In this document: positions 55,425 to 64,000 of the stretch, in pieces | Position numbering within the stretch: position 1 is the first letter of the stretch | Layout: the number at the start of each line of letters is the position of its first letter | NCBI GenBank assembly: GCA_951406725.2 | Contig: OX597814.1 | Location: 37,758,001 to 37,822,000 of the forward strand | Direction: 5' to 3' | Origin: Octopus vulgaris | Lineage: Eukaryota | DNA: 64,000 nucleotides | Translations under genes and position numbers: made by a program | Notes under the pieces: model-generated | Told to the model about the DNA's origin: nothing | Seen by the model: only the letters and a program-made list of their open reading frames with translations | The model's database searches: none

Positions 55425-55700
55425 TGTCGCGTGCCTTAGGGTTTAGGGCATTCGGCTCACGATCGTAAGGTGGTGAGTTCAATTCCCAGTGACGCGTTCT
55501 GTCCTTGCGCAAGACACTTTATTTCACGTTGCCTCAGTCCACTCAGCTGGCAAAAAAGTGTAGTACCTGTATTTCAAAGGGCAAGCTTTATCACACACCG
55601 TGTCACGCTGGATCTCCCTAGGAACAAAGTTAAGTGTTCACGTGTCTGTGGAGGGCTTAGCCACTTTCACGTTAATTTCAGGAGTAAACTGTTCCAATGA
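55425..55700 (+). mobile_element. tRNA-derived SINE abutting the Gmr1-like element
   Basis: gcattcggctcacgatcgtaaggtggtgagttcaattccc B-box head. Confidence 0.85.
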
Positions 55701-58700
55701 ACGTAGTTGACCTCTTTTCGGAGATATTCCAACTAGAGTGGTTTAAGGTGATAAGGATGTTGTTTAACCGGATTTTAATCACCAACTTCAATATCATGAC
55801 TAACTAAATCGGTACGCCAAGGTACATCCGGAAATAAATGTAGATATTCACGAAGCAAATCTGACAGTTGACATTGTTGTTCTTGAGTAAGTTGAGCTAT
55901 CTTTTCATGAATATTTGCTAACATTTCAGACTTTCTTAACCTTGGGTTAGCCTTCTCAGCCGAATCCTCAAATTTCAAATGCCTACATTCTTCTTTCAAC
56001 CTGTCTGAATTATGATCAGTAGGAATGTCAATAGCAATGACTTTTGGTGGCACACATTTAGACCTGTCATGATACTTTCCAATCATATTCATGTGACAAA
56101 GCCGTTTTTGTTTTCGGCAGCCTGGAGTTTGAACAATGTAGTCAGTATCACTGAATTTCTTCTCAATCAAATATGGACCATGATATTTGGCTCTAAATGG
56201 TTGACCAGGAATGGGAAGTATCACCAAAACCTTGTCGCCAGGACTGAAATTTCGAGCTTTACAGTTTTTGTCATAAATGGCGTTCATTTTGTCCTGTGGT
56301 TTCTTCAACTGTTCTCAGGCAATCTGTGTTGCTTTGGAAAGTCTGTTTCGAAAAGTAGACACATAGTCTAGCAGGTTCAACAGGGATTGGTCATTAAGCC
56401 ATAATTCTTTCAAGCATTTGAGTGGGCCTGTGTCACTGTGACCAAAAGCTAACTCAAAGGGATATAATCCTAATGACTCCTTAACTAACTCCCTAACGGC
56501 AAACAACAACTGAATGCCTTCATCCCATTCTTTCTCTGTTTCAAAGCAATAAACTCTGATCATATTTTTAAGAGCCTGATGAAATATTTCCAGTGTCCCT
56601 TGGGACTCAGGATTGTAAGCACTAGACTTAACTTGTCTAATTCTCAGCTCATACATTGTCTGTTGAAACAAACTTGACGTGAAATTAGACCCTTGATCAG
56701 ACTAAACCAAACATAATGAAAAACTTCCTCAAGACCTTACATATTACAGGAGATGTCATCTTCCTCAATGGGATAGCCTCAATGAGCCTTTTCGCAGCGC
56801 ACATAATTGTCAACAGATTTCGATTTCCAGACTTAGTGTTTGGCAATGGGATAGCACAATCAATAATGACTCTACTGAATAGATCTTCAAATTCGGGAAT
56901 GGGTTTTAGTGGGGCAGGGGGGATTTCCCGATTGGGCTTTCCTACCACCTGACAAGCATGACAAGTCTTACAAAACTGAAACACATCCTGACGCAATCTA
57001 GGCCAATGTTTGAATTTCAGGATCGTCACCCTGAGATGAAATGAGCTGCGAACGAGGGAGTACAGGGTCGGGTCACGAAAACTGAGCTGTACTGCTCGGA
57101 ACAAAAGTACTCTCACTTAAAAAGAAATCCTGTAGAGAATGATCCATAAAAATCCAGCAAGATCAGAACTATCATTCTTATTAAAATTCTCTTTCGAGGT
57201 GTTGTTATCTGAAATCACTTTCGAGATGTTTTTGGAAATCTCTTGCGAGATCGAGTTAGTCATAGAACAAGTCACAGTACACGAGGGGAGATACCAGGAA
57301 TAATTTGCTGAAGGGATTCTGTGCTTTCAGAAGTGCTTGACTAAATGGTAACATGTGGCTCAGACAAAACCGTAGACCCTGCTAAATCATTTCCAATAAG
57401 CAAGTTTACACCTGAAACTGGGAGAGTTTCTTAACACCAGTTTTCACCAATTAAGACACAAAATCTGAATGCAAATCAACAAAATGAAGAGTTGCACCTG
57501 AAATTCCACTAATGCGCTCTAATAGAATATCAGACGTAGCAGACGACACTTCCGAGAAAGGAAGAGTGCCTTTCAACAATAGAGACTCGAGTGCGCCTGT
57601 CTTTCTCAAAATAGTAATGGGTCGTAATGTGGACGGATCACCCTCAAATGAGACAAACCCTTTTGAAATAAAAGGCAAGTACCCCTCCGCAACAAAAACA
57701 GCAGGCTTTGGTGACTAAACTCCTGAAACAAAATGCTCCTCAGTGTTACTAATGCTGGAAATAGGCTGAAACTTGACATTCACAAAAGCGTGGAGTAAGG
57801 TTTGTGACTGATCTTTTAACTTGAGCTTTTTACAACTCAGAAATCAAATGACATGACTTTCTAAAATATGTAGAAATAATTCTTCAATGGAAATTTGAAT
57901 GAGATTTAGAAAAAATGGACTGGTTGACTTTCTTAACTCTGAACCACTGGACTTGTTAGGATTCGAACCTGAACGAGCTGAATAAATTGACTTACTTGCC
58001 TTACCTAACTCGAGATTATCCGGACGATAATAACCCTACAGCTTGAACTCACGCTTATGAGTAATAGAGTAATCATTTGCTAAACTACGCCTCTTGTAAC
58101 TGTTCTACTCTGCTTTTCCAAATAAGCCCTAATATCAACATGAACACACTGTTTGAACTCCTCTAATTGAGCTACATCAATTTGTGGAAATCTTTCACCA
58201 ATTCTTTTGTCATACACCACCTATCAAACAAATTTTCCTTCTCTCTAGCAAATGCTACGTAAATATCCTCACTTATTTTCTTGGACTATCTAAAGTTTTT
58301 TCTACGTGCTTCAGAGACCAGTTCATAAGCTTTTAGAATTGCCTGTTTGACGATCTAACTGAAACTTGCTTCGTTCGATAAAGATGAATAGACTTCCTGA
58401 TCTCTGCCTTTTAAAATACTTTGTATTAACATCGTTCAATGCTCCACAAGCCATCTCAAATTTATTGCCACCTTTTCATTAAATGGAGGTACACATCTAA
58501 TAATTTTAGCTACATCAAAATCTTTCTGATCACGAGAAGTGCCCAGCTTTCTGCTCTGTAAATCCGCTTCTTTCAATTTTAATTCTTTTTAATTTCCATT
58601 TCCTTTATTGATTTTTGAAATTCTAATTCTAATTTCCTCAATTTCAACTCTTCTGTTTTCTCTGATTTCAACAATGACACAAAGCCGAATCTTCGAAAAT

Positions 58701-58876
58701 TTCTTCATGAACCAAATGTTTCGAAACCACTTTGAGAATCTCTTTCTGTTTCATGGTGGACTTAGTCACATCCGGATAGTAATGCTTGACTAATAACAAC
58801 AATTCTGATTTTTAAAATAAATCCTTAATTGCTCCACATTGGGAAATTCAATAAATTCTTCAACCTTAAATTCCAT
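55701..58876 (-). mobile_element. Gmr1-like gypsy retrotransposon relic: gag - protease - integrase - start of RT
   Basis: gag MEFKVEEFIEFPNVEQL..AILKAYELVSEA..LEEFKQCV; protease ILRKTGA; integrase WPRLRQDVFQFCKTCHACQ, SSAYNPESQGTLEIFH, YHGPY; then LFPDVPWRTDLVSHDIEVGD*NPVKQHPY (RT N-terminus). Confidence 0.9.
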
Positions 58877-59242
58877 ATTCAAATACTGATTTCACAAGAA
58901 GAATTTTGAATGATAATACGAAATTATACAGGTAATATATGTACATTTCAGCAGTAGAAATTTTGTATATAAGTTTTCAATAATTCTCTGAAAAATGTTC
59001 TTTTTCTAAACTCAAATCGATCAGTTCATAGGTGAATAGAACAGTTGTTTTATAACGTAGAGTTCCCCGACGATCTCCCAACTTGTTACGATCATGCAAA
59101 TTCTTATATATGAATATGATATGGGTGAACTTCTAAACGCAACAACAGAAATTGCACAATCACTGAATTGATATCCAAAGATGTAATTATGTAACAAAAG
59201 GTATAATACCCAAATAATTTCATGTCCAGTCTTCGAATGTTC

Positions 59243-59300
59243 AAAGATGAATAGACTTCCTGATCTCTGCCTTTTAAAATACTTTGTATTAACATCGTTC
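59243..59300 (+). repeat. Exact 58-bp copy of 58380-58437
   Basis: aaagatgaatagacttcctgatctctgccttttaaaatactttgtattaacatcgttc at both sites. Confidence 0.95.
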
Positions 59301-59491
59301 CGATCCGTATGCAGCTCTGTCTCGTGTTTTTTACTATCCACGCAATGCCGTGGCAGTATTGTGAACTCTCCCTCGTTCCATTTTGCTTTTCTCTTTTTAA
59401 CAGGAAATAAAAGAGATTGTCTGTGTCGTTCGTTAACAGGAATTAAACGAGATTACCTGTCTCGTTCCATGCTCACTTCGTGTACATACAT

Positions 59492-59558
<67 letters not shown>

Positions 59559-59718
59559 GTCATTTTAACTCTGCCAAAAAGGTCGTGTTATCTCTCCTCA
59601 TTCAGAAAACATTGTAAGTTCTCTTCCTTCATATATTTTCTCGTTATTTGCACTGATTATAGCTATGCATTAAACAAATACATAATACATACACACATAT
59701 ATTATGGAATACAAATAC

Positions 59719-59789
<71 letters not shown>

Positions 59790-59924
59790 TGTTGTGTCTG
59801 AGGAGGGCCATTTTCTTTTTGTGCCTTAAAATTGAACACACTCACCGGTAAAATTTCCACTTCTTTCTTATTTTTATTTTCCTAAACCGGTACTCTAATG
59901 CCTATTTCAAAAGTACAGCAGTAT

Positions 59925-60150
59925 ATGTTTCTTTACTACCCACAAATGGCTAAACATAGAGGGAACAAACAAGGACAGACAGATGAATTTAAGTCGATTA
60001 TATCGACCCCAGTGCGTTACTGGTACTTAATTTATCGACCCCGAAAGGATGAAAGGCAAAGTTGACCTCGGCGGAATTTGAACTCGGAACGTAGCGATAG
60101 ACGAAATACGGCTACGCATTTCGCCCAGCGGGCTAACGGTTCTGCCAGTA
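59925..60150 (-). mobile_element. tRNA-derived SINE (second head type)
   Basis: ggtacttaatttatcgaccccgaaaggatgaaaggcaaagttgacctcggcggaatttgaactc. Confidence 0.9.
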
Positions 60151-60559
60151 TATATGTGTAAGACTTTGAAAGAAAATCGTCTAGATGTTGATGCATTCTT
60201 GAACCGCAGTAAACTATTTTAATTAATAGGGTACATTCTCAAAATGGGGGAAAATATTAGAGACTGATTGCAACATGTAAAGAAATAGCGCATTGCAAAA
60301 TCACAAAATAGCATAACACCTAACAACACTAAGACATAGGGTATATAACCAGGAAAACACTTTAACAATAAATGAATTAAATAAATACCCATGAAACGAA
60401 TAATACGGAGCAACATAAACCGAACCAGAGGCACACAAGCAGATGTATACATGAAAGAGTATGTCGGAAAAATATATAACAAGGGGATTTTTAAGAGGCT
60501 TCTAGTTAGATCTATTTGTTTGATCTATTTGTTTAGATCTATTTGTTTGTCACATTCTG

Positions 60560-61030
60560 TTGTCACATTCTTATAGCAGTCTCTCATTGTAGCTTCTGTT
60601 TTGTAATATTTTGTTCTATGTTGGCTTCCTTGAAGCTGGAAAGTCGATTGTGTTTTGTCTATTTCTCATACACATTAGTGTTAGTTTTCCATTATTCTTT
60701 GATAGATATTTTTTCTAGTCCAACAAAGTATATTTTATAAAAGTTTGTGGCCTTATTAAATACCTGCCACATTGCTTTCGTGTTAAATATAGTCCTTCAA
60801 TTATAGGTTTTGAGCGGTATACTTCAACTTTAGTAATGACGCATTTTATGTTCTCTCAAGTGGAGCTAAGTGATTTGGTGTCTACTTGAGAATATTAAGT
60901 GCAACATACTATTTGAATAACTGGCGTATTAATGCCTAATGGTGCCGGGAGATGTATATGTAAGATATACATGAGGTGGTGTTCTTACATTTGCAATTGC
61001 ATTCGTATCCAGTACTATTTAGCATGTGAA
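60560..61030 (-). mobile_element. Possible highly decayed Penelope-like GIY-YIG fragment
   Basis: CNCKCKN..CVITKVEV..YFVGL..IKE*WKT pattern. Confidence 0.4.
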
Positions 61031-61042
61031 ACATTTCAAGAA

Positions 61043-62816
61043 CTGACAGGAAAAGATGTAAGATATGGAGGTCAATGGAATATACATCTTCTCTTGGGGA
61101 CAGATATAATTTTCACAATTCTCTCTTCTTCATGTAACTTCAAAACTGCATACTGTTAAAACATGATATGTGTTACGCATATTCATATTGTTGGCGTATA
61201 TTTTTACCCCCATTGGATACACAACCAGCAGTAAAACTAAACAATTTAATCAAACAAACAAATAACTTACTTCGCAATCACAAATAAACAAAAACCTAAA
61301 ACAAAATCAATCCTAAATATTTACATACAAGTATCACTAGCGGTTACTACACATTATAATAAATAGAATACGGATACGCATTAAAAAATACCGAATTTTC
61401 AAGAAAGGTATATGGTCATTTAAAAAAGAAAATATTCTCGAAGTTGGATTTCCAAGGGAACATGACAAAACTATTTAAAGAATTACTTGTGACGTACATT
61501 GTACTCTTCATAAAATGGACGATATACATTTCCATTAGATCATACACATACAACAGATTATTCTAACCAGCAGCAGTTAGGAATATTAAAAAATTGTGTT
61601 TTCACGGTCACCCTAGATGGTCTGCAAAGGCAGGGTCGACGGTGATGGAAATTGAATGCGTATTTACCGTTTTGCTAATCTAGCGGAAACCGGTTTAGGG
61701 AGTCAGTTAAGCAGACATTAATATCGTAAGTCTAACAAAAAATAGTAGATTGCTATGAAATAAACAATAAGACACGAATCAACAATTTTCGTATACCAGT
61801 AGTAATGCAGCAAATGTGTAATGCAGGAGATGTAATGCAAAACACACTATATATGCTTCCGAAAAGCATCACAAACGATGTGCATGGAACGACATTGGGT
61901 TTCGCCCAATTCATTTCACGCAAAGAACTAAAATTAAATTGTCAGAACTTAGGCATATGATTTGTCATGATAGCAGAGGTGGAACGTCGCATCGAAATCA
62001 CAATTCAACGTTTGATAAGCACGTGAGTCTTTATTCCAAGCAAATCTGTGCGATGTTCCTGCAGCAATTTGCTTCACTGTATGGGACAAGTGGCTGGCGC
62101 ATTGCAAGATAAATTTCATTGCCTGTCTCGAGAGCTTGCCGCAAATTTCGGCAGCAGAATCGAAGCAGGCTATAGAGGTAGGCAATAAAATTCTTCAGAG
62201 TTTTTCCGTAAAGTCCATAGCAACCATAAAATTTGGTAATCACATTTGCACTTTTTATCTCACCTACTAACCCTATTACTTAATCACCGTCATAGTTTTT
62301 TTATGAACTGAAAGAGATTGTAAAATATCTTTATAATGTTCTACTAAATAGATAATTATGTGGTAAATGAAAGAAATCTCAATATTATTGTTAGTCATTT
62401 CCTCCTCCTCCTTCGGATTATTATATGAATGGGACGTGATTAGTAGTATTTTCTCAGCCTTTACGTCTGAGTTCAAATGCCGTCGAAGTCGACTCTACCA
62501 TTCAATAGGCTATAGCAATTAACCTTAAATGCAGAGAACCGTCTTATGTATCCCAGATGTTCGCAATAACACTGTATGTGGTTGTGAAGTAATTTATTTG
62601 TTGTACTAAATGGTGTTTATTTTTACTGCTGGGTGTGTATCCAATAGAAGTAATAAATATACATCAACAATAGGAATATGCGTAACACATATCATGTTTT
62701 ATTAGTATGGAGCTTTGAAGTTACATGAAGAAGCGAGAATTGTGAAAATTATAATCTATCTCCAAGAGAAGATGTATATTCCGGTTATCTCCATATCTTA
62801 AATCTTTTGCTGTCAG
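61043..62816. mobile_element. ~240-bp inverted repeats (61043-61282 / 62577-62816) around a 1.3-kb core
   Basis: Paired blocks ggaatatacatcttctcttgg, aaaacatgatatgtgttacgcatattc, ttggatacaca..ccagcagtaaaa. Confidence 0.8.
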
Positions 62817-62819
62817 GCG

Positions 62820-63870
62820 TCATGCATATTTCCTCTATCCATCTGTTCGAATCTCTACGACTAGTTCCTAATGCACCTATAACTAGGGACATATTTTACT
62901 AGCATTTTCCATAGTCTTGGTAAATAGGTTCTGGCACTTTCCTGTTTATCTACACCTCACATATTGACTTTTCCATCATTTGGGCCTGTAAATTATGTTA
63001 CCTGTAAAGTCAGCATGGTCAAATCCTACATTTCTACATCACTCTCAGTGCATTATTCTCCTTATTTCATCACGTTTTTTCTTCTATTCCTTCTGTACCA
63101 GTATACTTCATGCACTAACTACATATGAGTAACACTTTCTTCATAACCTAAATTGCGAATGTATAATTATTAACATCATGGAGTTGTTTATAAAGTTTAT
63201 ATATGTCACATCACTGCTCCTGCTCGTAGCCTTACGACGCAACACGTCGCCCTTCAGAATATTGTTGACATCTGTATATTTTCTATTTGCACATTTATAT
63301 GCCAGAATATTGCTTTCTTATTGATGGTCTCATGCACCGGTCACCGCGGGTATCATTCTCATTTTTGAGGCTTGGTAGTTGTGTTCCATTCCTAATGCTT
63401 GTTCTTCGTACGTTTCCACTTCACAATATTTTAGTCAGCCGGTATAGCTACGACAATGTTGATCCTCATTTGCACGCCTTTCACAAAATATTGGTATCTG
63501 GTCGAATATGTTGGTTTCTTATCTGTACAGATTGGCGTATTCTACGTGCGTTCACCTGATCATCCTCCGCTAAGGGCAAAGGTTAGTTCTTTTACGACTT
63601 GTTGGAATATTTTGGACCATACATCCCCACAGATTCCGAATATATTCACAATAACACTCTGTCATAGCGCTTTGTTTGCTCCTTGTGAGCACGAATTGAG
63701 CTCACTAATTACATGTCAAACTATCTTGGAAGACTTTTCACATAATCTACTCTCTTGCCAAAAGTGTACTTAATAGAATTGATTTCTAACACTTGTTCTT
63801 GAGCATCAAGATTCAATGCTTCTGTGTTCTTTAAATATCTATATTCTAACCATTTCCAGGATTCTTATTA
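62820..63870 (-). mobile_element. Two decayed R4/Dong-type RLE LINE 3' fragments
   Basis: DAQEQVLEINSIK..KRYDRV..HIRPD..IVVAIPAD*NIV; the second piece has RLWK..IGALG. Confidence 0.65.
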
Positions 63871-64000
63871 TTACTTCATGGATACTCATAGTTGTCGTCG
63901 TCGTCATCATCATCATCAGCAGCATCATCATTATCATCATCATCGTCATCATTATTATGCAGCACTGAATTTTGTCAGTGAACAGGTCGCAGTCTCAAAG

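Noticed and set aside
57022-57120. GC-richer segment with an agtacag/ctgtact hairpin replacing part of the integrase N-terminus
   Set aside because: No match to an RNA family I recognise; too short to call.
59793-59840. tgtgt CTGAGGA gggc..gcct TAAAA..acaca
   Set aside because: No GAAA and no valid stem III or cleavage triplet.

Overview
AT-rich, microsatellite-dense eukaryotic DNA. The tRNA-derived SINE heads and TA/CA/TAA tracts look like Octopus repeats (recognised from memory, not searched). I found no convincing host protein-coding gene; most ORFs in the supplied track are microsatellite read-through or decayed transposon fragments. The window is almost entirely decayed transposons: a mariner, a Chapaev3-like transposase, RTE LINEs, R4/Dong-type RLE LINEs stacked in (TAA)n, three gypsy-type LTR relics (one with Gmr1 integrase-before-RT order), many Penelope-like (RT/GIY-YIG) fragments and about 15 SINE copies. 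Two things stand out. (1) About ten type I hammerhead ribozyme motifs, some intact; one lies in a ~559-nt circularly permuted, terminally redundant unit that forms a near-perfect 1-kb palindrome (retrozyme/pLTR-like). (2) A non-autonomous family encoding only Tx1/L1-like ORF1 (RRM-like + CCHC knuckle), found as tandem units; at both loci its 5' end lies just downstream of the A-box of a tRNA-derived SINE head, once with a 15-bp target-site duplication. All calls are by eye and boundaries are approximate.
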